64,000 bases of DNA from NCBI GenBank assembly GCA_963841435.1, contig CAWJCS010000006.1, forward strand, positions 1,152,001 through 1,216,000, read 5' to 3'. The DNA is from an uncultured delta proteobacterium (lineage in GTDB: Bacteria > Myxococcota_A > Polyangia > Polyangiales > Polyangiaceae). Shown piece by piece: positions 10,098 to 18,351 of the stretch. Below the pieces are notes generated by a model. That model searched no databases, was not told the DNA's origin, and saw nothing but the letters and a program-made list of their open reading frames with translations. A program made the position numbers and the translations under genes. Position 1 is the stretch's first letter. Every line of letters starts with the position of its first letter.

Positions 10098-11681
10098 ATG
10101 CCGCGGTTACCCGCTGAGCTCTCGCTCGAGCTCGGCCTCGACGAGCCCGACGACCCCGAAAGCCTGCGCGCCCACGCTGCGAGGGTGCTCGCCGTTCCCG
10201 TCGAAGAGCTGCCGGCCGTCGTCCTTCGCCGGCGCTCGCTCGACGCGCGGCGTGGCCGGGTGCGCTTCCAGGCGCTCGTGGCGCTCGGTGCCGAAACGGG
10301 CCCGATCGGCGGGGCTCCGCTGCGCGAAGTGTCCGGCGAGCCGCGCGTCATCGTCGTCGGCGACGGACCGGCGGGCCTTTTCGCAGCGTACGGACTCGCG
10401 CGGCGCGGCGTTGCCGCGCTCGTCGTCGACCGTGGCAAGCAGGTTCAGCCCCGTCGCCACGACCTCAAGGGACTGAACCGCCACGGCAAGGTGGATCCAG
10501 ACAGCAACTACTGTTTCGGCGAGGGCGGTGCCGGCACGTACAGCGACGGCAAGCTCTACACGCGCGCGCACAAGCGCGGGCCGGTGCGCGACGTGATCGA
10601 GGTCCTCGCCGCTCACGGCGCACCGGAGTCGATCCTCGTCGAGGCGCGCCCGCACATCGGTTCGAACCGCCTGCCCAAGGTCGTGACGGCGCTGCGCGAG
10701 CGGCTCGAAGGCGTCGGCCAGCGCGTCCGCTTCGGCTCGCGCGTGACGGCGCTGCTCACGGCGCCGTCCGGCGCGAAAAAGCGCGTCACGGGCGTTCGCC
10801 TCGCGGACGGCACCGAGCTTTTCGCAGAGCGGGTCGTGCTCGCGACCGGCCACTCGGCGCGCGACATCTTCACCATTCTCGAAAGCGAAGGGGTGCGGCT
10901 CGAGGCGAAGCCCTTTGCGCTCGGCGTGCGCATCGAGCATCCGCAGCCCCTCATCAACCGCATCCAGTACGGTCGCGAGGCGGGGCACCCGCGCCTGCCG
11001 AACGCCGCCTACCGGCTCGCTTGCAACGTCGACGGCCGCGGCGTCTTCTCGTTCTGCATGTGCCCGGGCGGGTGGATCGTCCCGGCCTCGACCGAGCCCG
11101 CGGAGCTCGTCGTCAACGGCATGAGCCTGTCGCGGCGCGACTCGCCCTTCGCGAATTCGGGCCTCGTCGTTGCCATCGAGCCCGAAGAGCTCGGGCGCTT
11201 CGGCCTCGTGGGGCCGCTCGCGGGCGTCGAGCTGCAACGTCGCATCGAGCGCGCCGCGTTCACGGCGGGCGGCGGCGAGCTTCGTGCACCGGCGGCGCGC
11301 GCCACCGATTTCGCGCGGGGGCGCGCCTCGAGCACGGTGCCGGACTCGAGCTACATCCCCGGCCTCGTCGCCGCCGATCTCGCGGGTGTGCTCGACGCCG
11401 CCGGACCGCCGCTCGCGAGCCGCATCGCGCGTGCCCTTTCGGCCTTCGACCGCACGCTCCGTGGCTACCTCACCGACGAAGCCGTTCTCGTCGGCGTCGA
11501 ATCGCGCACGAGCTCGCCCGTCAGGGTTCCTCGCGACGCCGAAACGCTGGAGTCGCCCGATATCGCGGGCCTTTACCCCGCCGGCGAGGGCGCGGGCTAC
11601 GCCGGCGGCATCGTGAGCGCGGCGCTCGACGGCCTCTGCATCGCCGAGCGCATCGCGAACGAGCTTCGCGCGCCCGCGTGA
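10098..11681 (+). CDS. NAD(P)/FAD-dependent oxidoreductase (COG2509-like)
   Basis: VVGDGPAGLFAA, FGEGGAGTYSDGKL, FCMCPGG, GEGAGYAGGIVSAA. Confidence 0.9.
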   Translation: MPRLPAELSLELGLDEPDDPESLRAHAARVLAVPVEELPAVVLRRRSLDARRGRVRFQALVALGAETGPIGGAPLREVSGEPRVIVVGDGPAGLFAAYGLARRGVAALVVDRGKQVQPRRHDLKGLNRHGKVDPDSNYCFGEGGAGTYSDGKLYTRAHKRGPVRDVIEVLAAHGAPESILVEARPHIGSNRLPKVVTALRERLEGVGQRVRFGSRVTALLTAPSGAKKRVTGVRLADGTELFAERVVLATGHSARDIFTILESEGVRLEAKPFALGVRIEHPQPLINRIQYGREAGHPRLPNAAYRLACNVDGRGVFSFCMCPGGWIVPASTEPAELVVNGMSLSRRDSPFANSGLVVAIEPEELGRFGLVGPLAGVELQRRIERAAFTAGGGELRAPAARATDFARGRASSTVPDSSYIPGLVAADLAGVLDAAGPPLASRIARALSAFDRTLRGYLTDEAVLVGVESRTSSPVRVPRDAETLESPDIAGLYPAGEGAGYAGGIVSAALDGLCIAERIANELRAPA

Positions 11682-11764
11682 CGGTCACCGAGCGCTGCGC
11701 CGCGAGCGACGCGAGGGCGTCATCAAGGTCGCCATCCGACCCTGACGGTGGGCCGGGGCGGCCG

Positions 11765-12937
11765 TCACGCCGAACGCAGCGTCACGCGCGTGATCTCCGC
11801 CGGCGCGGCGAGGCGCATCGGTGGGCCCCAGTAGCCGGTGCCGTTGGAAACGTAAACCTGCGTGTCGCCGAAACGGGCGAGGCCGGATACGACGGGTTGC
11901 TGCAGGCGTACCAGGTACTTCCACGGCCAGATCTGCCCGCCGTGCGTGTGGCCCGAGAGCTGCAAGCCCACGCCGTGCTTCATCGCCTCGTACACGGCGC
12001 GCGGCTGGTGGGCGAGTAAGACGAGCTCCCGGCTCTGGTCGCGGCCGGAAACCGCGCGGGCGAGGTCGGGGCCGTGACCACCACCAAACTGCGCGGAATG
12101 AGCGTCGTCGATGCCGCAGAGGTCGAAGCTCTCGTCGCCGTCGCCAATCGTGACGCGCTCGTTTCGGAGCACGCGGATGCCGAGGCGCCCAAGCTCGGCG
12201 ATCCACTCGTCGGCGCCGGAATAGTACTCGTGGTTGCCCGTGACGAAGTACACGCCGTAGCGCGCCCTGAGCCCCGCGAGCGGCGCCACGTGCTCGCGCA
12301 GCTCCTCGACGCTGCCGTCGACGAGGTCGCCCGTGATAGCGATCACGTCCGGGTTCACGGCGTTGGTCTGCGCGACGATCTCCTCGATGAACTCGCGCCC
12401 GATGGTCGGGCCGACGTGCACGTCGGTGAGCTGAACGATGGTCGTTCCGTCGAGGCTCTTCGGCAGCCGGCCGAGCCGCACGTTCACGTCGCGGAGCGCC
12501 ACACGCGCGAGGCCCGAGCGCACCGCCGCGAGCGTGAGGCCGCCCGTGACGAACGTGGCAACGAGCGCGAAAATCCGCGCCACGGCGATGCGTCGCTCCG
12601 GATCGGGCGGGGGCTGGTTGACGAGGCGGCTGCCGATGGCCGCGACGCCCCGCAACACGTCGAAAGCGCCGAGCACCACCAAGAACAAGAGCAGCACGCC
12701 GATCCACACGGACGCCACCCACACGAGCGGTACGCCGAGCGCGCCCCCGGCGCGCCGCACGAAGAACGACAGCGGGACCATCGCGAACAGCGCGACGACG
12801 ACAATCGTGAGAACCCGCTGCTGCGACGGGGGCAGCGCGAGGTCGCGCACGAGCCGCGTCCACACGTAGTAGTGCGCGCCCCCCATCACCGACAGCATGA
12901 CGACGAAGAACAGGGCGAACGACAAAAGACGCGACAC
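11765..12937 (-). CDS. Membrane-anchored metallophosphoesterase (YkuE-like)
   Basis: N-terminal TM helices; TDVH, TGDLVD, GNHE, LLAHQP, SGHTHGGQ motifs. Confidence 0.9.
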   Translation of the reverse strand: MSRLLSFALFFVVMLSVMGGAHYYVWTRLVRDLALPPSQQRVLTIVVVALFAMVPLSFFVRRAGGALGVPLVWVASVWIGVLLLFLVVLGAFDVLRGVAAIGSRLVNQPPPDPERRIAVARIFALVATFVTGGLTLAAVRSGLARVALRDVNVRLGRLPKSLDGTTIVQLTDVHVGPTIGREFIEEIVAQTNAVNPDVIAITGDLVDGSVEELREHVAPLAGLRARYGVYFVTGNHEYYSGADEWIAELGRLGIRVLRNERVTIGDGDESFDLCGIDDAHSAQFGGGHGPDLARAVSGRDQSRELVLLAHQPRAVYEAMKHGVGLQLSGHTHGGQIWPWKYLVRLQQPVVSGLARFGDTQVYVSNGTGYWGPPMRLAAPAEITRVTLRSA

Positions 12938-13163
12938 GGAGCGTCCAATCTATGGGCCCGGGGGCCCAGCTTGCCAAGGGGAGGGGCCCCGGCCCAGAGC
13001 GTGCCAAGACCCGACCGGTGGCGCTTGAAGGCCGGCCGGGCCCCTGGTACTCCGACCACTTCCGCAGGCCGCCGCCGGCCGCGGACGCCCGGGTGGGGCG
13101 GACTCTCCGCCCGTCGTCGCCCCACCCACACTATCTGCTAGAGAGCGTTTCTGAGGAGCCAGC

Positions 13164-15839
13164 GTGGACGCCTATCGACCCGAATCAGATCGCGACCCGG
13201 AGGAGACCCAGGACTGGGTCGACTCGCTCGAGTCCGTCATCGCTCACGAGGGCGACGGGCGGGCGCGTTTCCTGATGGCGCGCGTCGTCGAGGCGTCGCG
13301 ACGCCTCGGCGTCGAGCCGACGCTGCCGCTCGTCACCGACTACGTGAACACCATCCGCGTGGCCGAAGAGCCCGAGTACCCGGGGGACGCCGAGCTCGAG
13401 CGCCGTATCCAGCACATCCTGCGCTGGAACGCCGCCGTCATGGTGCACAACGCCAATCACGCGTTTTCGGGCATTGGTGGCCACATCTCCACCTATGCCT
13501 CGAGCGCGAACCTCTACGAGGTCGGGCTCAACCATTTCTTCCGCGGCAAAGACGAGGGTTCGTCGGGCGATCAGGTCTATTACCAGGGCCACGCCGCGCC
13601 CGGCATGTACTCGCGCGCGTTCCTCGAGGGGCGCCTCACGGCCGAGCAGCTCGAGAGCTTCCGCCGCGAGACGGCGCGCGGGCAGGGCCTGTCGTCGTAC
13701 CCGCACCCGCGGTTGATGAACGATTTCTGGGAGTTTCCCACCGTCAGCATGGGCATCGGCCCCATCAACTCGATCTACCAGGCGCGCTTCAACCGCTACC
13801 TCTTGAACCGCGGCATCGCCGACACGTCGGGCTCGAAGGTCTGGTGCTTCGTGGGCGACGGCGAGACCGACGAGCCGGAAACGCTCGGAGCCCTGCAAAT
13901 CGCCTCGCGCGAGAAGTGCGACAATCTGATCTGGGTCGTCAACTGCAACCTGCAGCGCCTCGACGGCCCCGTGCGCGGCAACGGCAAGATCATCCAGGAG
14001 CTCGAAGGCGTCTTCCGCGGCGCCGGCTGGAACGTCATCAAGGTGATCTGGGGCCCCGAGTGGGACGACATCTTCGCCCGTGATCACGAGGGTATTTTGC
14101 GCCGGCACTTGAACGCCGTCGTCGACGGCCAGTGGCAGCGGCTCACCATCGCCTCGGGCGAGGTCGTTCGCAAAGAGTTCTTCGGCCTCGACCCGCGCAT
14201 GCTCGAGCTCGTGTCGCACGTCTCCGACGACGACCTCGGCAAGATGCGCCGCGGCGGCCACAGCCTGCGCAAGGTGCATGCCGCATACCGCCGCGCCGTC
14301 GACAATACCGACGGCCGCCCCACGGCGATCCTTGCGCACACCGTCAAGGGCTGGCAGCTCGGCGAGGGCTTCGAGGGCTCGAACGTCACGCACCAGAAGA
14401 AGAAGATGGACCTCGGTGAGGTCAAGCACTACCGCGACGTGCTCGAGCTGCCGATCCCCGACGCGGACCTCGAGCATCCGCCGCTCTTCCACCCCGGAGC
14501 GGACAGCCCCGAGGTGAAGTACCTGATGGAGCGCCGCCGCGCGCTCGGCGGGTCGGTGCCCAAGCGGCGCGTCATCTCGCAGGTGCCGCTCGAGCTGCCC
14601 GGCCCCGAGCTCTACGAGGAGTTCTACAAGGGCATGGGCAAGGGCGAGGCGTCCACCACCATGGTGTTTGCGCGCCTGCTCGCGAAGCTCATCCGCGACA
14701 AGAAGATCGGCAAGCGCGTCGTGCCCATCGTCCCCGACGAGGCCCGCACCTTCGGTATGGACGCGCTTTTCGGCCAGGTCGGCATCTACTCGTCGGTCGG
14801 GCAGCTCTACGAGCCCATCGATAAGGGCAAGCTCCTTTACTACAAGGAGGCCAAGGACGGGCAGGTGCTCGAAGAGGGCATCACCGAGGCCGGCTCGATG
14901 GCGTCGTTCACGGCGGCGGCTACGTCGTATGCCGTGCACGGCCAGCCGATGATCCCGTTTTACATCTTCTATTCGATGTTCGGCTTCCAGCGCACCGGTG
15001 ACCAGCTCTGGGCCGCGGGCGACGCCATGGCGCGCGGCTTCGTGCTCGGCGCGACGGCGGGCCGCACCACGCTGAACGGCGAGGGCCTGCAGCACGAGGA
15101 CGGGCACAGCCACCTGCACGCCATGACGGTGCCCAACGTCCGCGCCTACGACGTGACGTTCGCTTTCGAGCTCGCCGCCATCATCGAAGACGGCATGCGA
15201 CGCATGTTCGACGAGGGCGAGAACGTCTACTACTACCTCACGCTCCAGAACGAGAACTACCCCATGCCGCCCATGCCAGAGGGCGCGAAGGACGGCGTGA
15301 TTCAGGGCCTTTATCGCTATCGGACCGCGGTCGAGCGGCTCGACAAGCACGTCGAGCTCTGGGGCAGCGGCTCGATCATGCTCCAGGTGCTTCGCGCGCA
15401 AGAGATCTTGCAGGAGCGCTTCGGTGTGTCGTCGGACGTATGGGGCGCCACGAGCTATCAGCGCCTGCGCGCCGACGCCCTCGAGTGCGAGCGATACAAC
15501 CGCCTGCACCCTGACGCGTCCCCGCGCGTTCCGTACCTCGTGAAGGCGCTCGAGGGCGTGAAGGGTCCGTTCATCACGGCCTCCGACTACATGAAGTCGC
15601 TCGGCGATCTCGTGGCGCGCTGGCTTCCGGGGCGCATCGTCCCGCTCGGCACGGACGGCTTCGGTATGAGCGACACGCGCGAAGCGTTGCGCCGCCACTT
15701 CGAGGTCGACGCCGAATCCATCGTCATCGGCGCCCTCGACGCCCTGCGCCTCGAAGGCAAGCTCACTCCCGCCGACGTCGCCCGCGCCATCGCCGAGCTC
15801 GGCGTCGATCCCGACAAGGTCCCGCCCACGTCGATCTGA
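13164..15839 (+). CDS. aceE: Pyruvate dehydrogenase E1, homodimeric type
   Basis: DRDPEETQDW start, GGHISTY, SSYPHP, FPTVSMG, GDGETDEPE, NLQRLDGPV, GEGLQHEDG, GTDGFG motifs; 891 aa. Confidence 0.97.
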   Translation: MDAYRPESDRDPEETQDWVDSLESVIAHEGDGRARFLMARVVEASRRLGVEPTLPLVTDYVNTIRVAEEPEYPGDAELERRIQHILRWNAAVMVHNANHAFSGIGGHISTYASSANLYEVGLNHFFRGKDEGSSGDQVYYQGHAAPGMYSRAFLEGRLTAEQLESFRRETARGQGLSSYPHPRLMNDFWEFPTVSMGIGPINSIYQARFNRYLLNRGIADTSGSKVWCFVGDGETDEPETLGALQIASREKCDNLIWVVNCNLQRLDGPVRGNGKIIQELEGVFRGAGWNVIKVIWGPEWDDIFARDHEGILRRHLNAVVDGQWQRLTIASGEVVRKEFFGLDPRMLELVSHVSDDDLGKMRRGGHSLRKVHAAYRRAVDNTDGRPTAILAHTVKGWQLGEGFEGSNVTHQKKKMDLGEVKHYRDVLELPIPDADLEHPPLFHPGADSPEVKYLMERRRALGGSVPKRRVISQVPLELPGPELYEEFYKGMGKGEASTTMVFARLLAKLIRDKKIGKRVVPIVPDEARTFGMDALFGQVGIYSSVGQLYEPIDKGKLLYYKEAKDGQVLEEGITEAGSMASFTAAATSYAVHGQPMIPFYIFYSMFGFQRTGDQLWAAGDAMARGFVLGATAGRTTLNGEGLQHEDGHSHLHAMTVPNVRAYDVTFAFELAAIIEDGMRRMFDEGENVYYYLTLQNENYPMPPMPEGAKDGVIQGLYRYRTAVERLDKHVELWGSGSIMLQVLRAQEILQERFGVSSDVWGATSYQRLRADALECERYNRLHPDASPRVPYLVKALEGVKGPFITASDYMKSLGDLVARWLPGRIVPLGTDGFGMSDTREALRRHFEVDAESIVIGALDALRLEGKLTPADVARAIAELGVDPDKVPPTSI

Positions 15840-15873
15840 GCGCAAAAAAGCCGAGCATTTCGGCCCTCGGTCG

Positions 15874-17388
15874 TCACCCGGAGCGCAGGTTCGAGTGGCC
15901 CGGATCCGAGGACGCCAGCGACTGCTCGCGTGCGTCCAGGTTGGGAGCGGCCTCAGCGTGGCCCGCGCGCCCGCGGCGAGAAAGCGGGTGTGCGACGAAC
16001 AGAACGTCAACCAGGACGTTGACGAGCAACACCGCCCCGGACGTTGCAGCGAGCCTCAGAAGCACGCCCACGAGCAGGCCGTGGCGGCCGAGCTCCATGG
16101 CGTCGCCGTGAAAGCAAACGTAAACCTGCGAGACGGAAGCAAGCGCGAGGTAGACGACGAGCGCTCCGAGCGCGCGGTGTCGTCGACGCAGGATCACTGC
16201 CCCAGCCGCTCCGAACGCACTCAGTGCGATGCATGCCGAAAGAGGGTAGTCGGCCATCACCGTCTTCGTCGCCCAGTCGTTGAGCTCCTTCGATGTCGAA
16301 AGCGTGGGCCGCCGCGCGAACCCTCGAAACCGTTCGGACGCGAAGCGCGGGAAGTGCGCGTACGCTTTCTGGAGCGTGCGGGTCGGGTGGGTGACGAGAT
16401 AGCGCTGGTAGCCGGTGTAACCGCGCTCGACGAGCCAGGCTCGGAAAGCGGCCAGATCGGGCGATCGTCCGGCAAACCACCTGTCCGACGATGCCCACTT
16501 CCTACGCCGGGAGAGCAGCGCGGCGTTCACGGGCATCGCGAGCTCTCTCTCGAAATACTTGCGGTCGTGGCGGTCTGGCAGCACCCGCCGGAAGATGATG
16601 TTCATCAGTGGAACGCGGTAGCGTTTTCCCGCCTGGACGTTGGCGTTGGAAAAAAGAGCGATCGCCAGGAAGCAGGCAGCGAGCACACCGAGCTCGACGA
16701 CGACGCGTTGCGACCGCGGGAGCGGCGGAAGCAGCAAGAATGGCGCCGCGGCGAGCAATAGGAAAGCATTGGTGTCTCGCGAGAAGGCGGCGAACAGGGC
16801 GCTCAGCACGGCTGCGACCAGCCACAAGAGCGGGCGCTTGCTTGCGACGCTGCGAGAGCGCCCGGTCGCGTAGCCGAGCGTTGCCGCGCAGGTGAGGGCC
16901 AGGAACGACAACGACAGCGATTCGCTCCGGATGACGGCATCCCACCCGTGCACGCTGCTCGTGAGCGCGAAGCCGAGCAAAAGGACGAGCGCAAGGGCTC
17001 GGGCCGCGAATGATCGCGCGAGCCCCGCGACGGCGACCGCGAAGAGCGCCCACGAGAGCGCGCCGAGCAAACACTGAAACCAGATCACCCGCTCGTCGGA
17101 AAACCCGAGCAGCTTGTTGACGAGCGGCAGGACGAACGGCCGTGTGCTTGCCCAGAAGCTCCGGCTCGCAAGCGAGTTTTCGCCGATTTTTGCCCAGATT
17201 CTGTGATCCCCCGTGTAGACCGGGCGTTCGTGCCAGAACCACGAAATTTTGAGCGCGACGAACGTCAGAAGCAGGGCAACCGCGCCGATTCGTGAGGCGT
17301 GACCGAGCCGACTCCGCGCCCCCCGGGAGCCGAGCGCCCATCCCCGACCGTGCAGGAAGACGAGCTCCGACGGTACCACCGCGCCCAC
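15874..17388 (-). CDS. Polytopic membrane protein, possible GT-C glycosyltransferase
   Basis: About 10-11 hydrophobic segments; Asp in the first loop followed by RPFVLPL; SESLSLS and RDTNA motifs; large soluble loop. Start codon uncertain. Confidence 0.55.
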   Translation of the reverse strand: MGAVVPSELVFLHGRGWALGSRGARSRLGHASRIGAVALLLTFVALKISWFWHERPVYTGDHRIWAKIGENSLASRSFWASTRPFVLPLVNKLLGFSDERVIWFQCLLGALSWALFAVAVAGLARSFAARALALVLLLGFALTSSVHGWDAVIRSESLSLSFLALTCAATLGYATGRSRSVASKRPLLWLVAAVLSALFAAFSRDTNAFLLLAAAPFLLLPPLPRSQRVVVELGVLAACFLAIALFSNANVQAGKRYRVPLMNIIFRRVLPDRHDRKYFERELAMPVNAALLSRRRKWASSDRWFAGRSPDLAAFRAWLVERGYTGYQRYLVTHPTRTLQKAYAHFPRFASERFRGFARRPTLSTSKELNDWATKTVMADYPLSACIALSAFGAAGAVILRRRHRALGALVVYLALASVSQVYVCFHGDAMELGRHGLLVGVLLRLAATSGAVLLVNVLVDVLFVAHPLSRRGRAGHAEAAPNLDAREQSLASSDPGHSNLRSG

Positions 17389-17491
17389 ACTACCACTTTG
17401 GGCCAAACGTGACGGACGCAACCGCCTCCTTCGCCGTGCCGATGGGACGGGTGCCTCGGCCCAACCTTCCCGGCCGGGCCAGGAGACCACC

Positions 17492-17887
17492 ATGCCCGAG
17501 AACAACATTTGCGCCATCACCTGCTCCGCACCGCCGAGCTACGGCGAGGTCGAGTCGCCGCCGCCTCCAGCGCCCGAAACGCTGATGTGCGTGGCGCAAC
17601 GAGCGGAGGGCGACGACGGAGTCGGCGGCCGAGGCGCGGACGCGCTCGTCGAGCGTTTCAACGAGGGTGGCGGCGGCGGTGCAGCCGGCGCGCCCCAGGG
17701 TCCGGAGCACGAGCCCAGCAAGTGTTGGGACGACGCGGTGCGCGCCCTCAGCACCTGCGGGAAGGCGATCCTGAGCGCCAAGAAGGGCGGTCCCGTCGCC
17801 ATGATCCTGGAAGGCATCAGCTGCGTCGGCAACGTCATGGGCACCGCCGAATGCTTCGAGAAGGAGCGCGCTGGCCGCGCGCGCTGA
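17492..17887 (+). CDS. Cys-rich hypothetical protein (possible bacteriocin/toxin-like precursor)
   Basis: Strong RBS AGGAG at 17481-17485; high GC3; C-terminal C-x10-C-x21-C-x9-C after a Pro/Gly-rich linker. Confidence 0.65.
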   Translation: MPENNICAITCSAPPSYGEVESPPPPAPETLMCVAQRAEGDDGVGGRGADALVERFNEGGGGGAAGAPQGPEHEPSKCWDDAVRALSTCGKAILSAKKGGPVAMILEGISCVGNVMGTAECFEKERAGRAR

Positions 17888-17902
17888 AGGCGAGGGCATG
17901 CC

Positions 17903-18130
17903 ATGAGCGTCATGAGCTGGCTGAGGCAGACGCTGACGGTCTCGTACTGGCTTTGCGCCGTCACGAGCCTCGTCTCGACCTACGTTCCCCTGGGGGTTCG
18001 CAAATGGGACGAGCACCTCGCCGAGCGTGCGCGTGAAACGTGCCGCCGCGTCTCCGGGGTCGCGGTCGTCTCGGCAGACGGCGTGGTGTCCTGCTCGCCG
18101 GGCCCCGCGCTCTCCGTGAGGGCGCCGTGA
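17903..18130 (+). CDS. Small single-TM protein with C-x16-C motif
   Basis: GAGGG RBS 15 nt after the upstream stop region; hydrophobic N-terminal half; ARETC-x16-C. Confidence 0.55.
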   Translation: MSVMSWLRQTLTVSYWLCAVTSLVSTYVPLGVRKWDEHLAERARETCRRVSGVAVVSADGVVSCSPGPALSVRAP

Positions 18131-18342
18131 AGCTCTTCTTCTGGCGCGGCGACCCGCGCGTCGAGGCGCTCTTCTCGGCCTTCTGCTGGTACGTGACGGC
18201 CATGAACGGCTACCTCGCCGTCACGCAAACGCGCGCGAGCTTCGAGAGGACCGCGGCGGCTCAGGCGGCCCGATTGACCTGCGAAGCGACCGGGGGCCTC
18301 TATGAAGGCGGCCTGGACGGCCGGGGCGTCTGCCATCGTTGA
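18127..18342 (+). CDS. Small single-TM protein with C-x16-C motif (paralog of upstream ORF)
   Basis: GTG start overlaps the upstream stop (GTGA); MKLFFWRGD...ARLTC-x16-C. Confidence 0.55.
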   Translation: MKLFFWRGDPRVEALFSAFCWYVTAMNGYLAVTQTRASFERTAAAQAARLTCEATGGLYEGGLDGRGVCHR

Positions 18343-18351
18343 GGCGAGCCG

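Noticed and set aside
13185-16010. 941-aa antisense ORF over aceE, and similar long antisense ORFs (7157-9577, 33126-35138, 18391-20220, 23289-25127)
   Set aside because: Shadow ORFs expected from high GC3 codon bias; no recognisable motifs, and they fully overlap well-supported genes.
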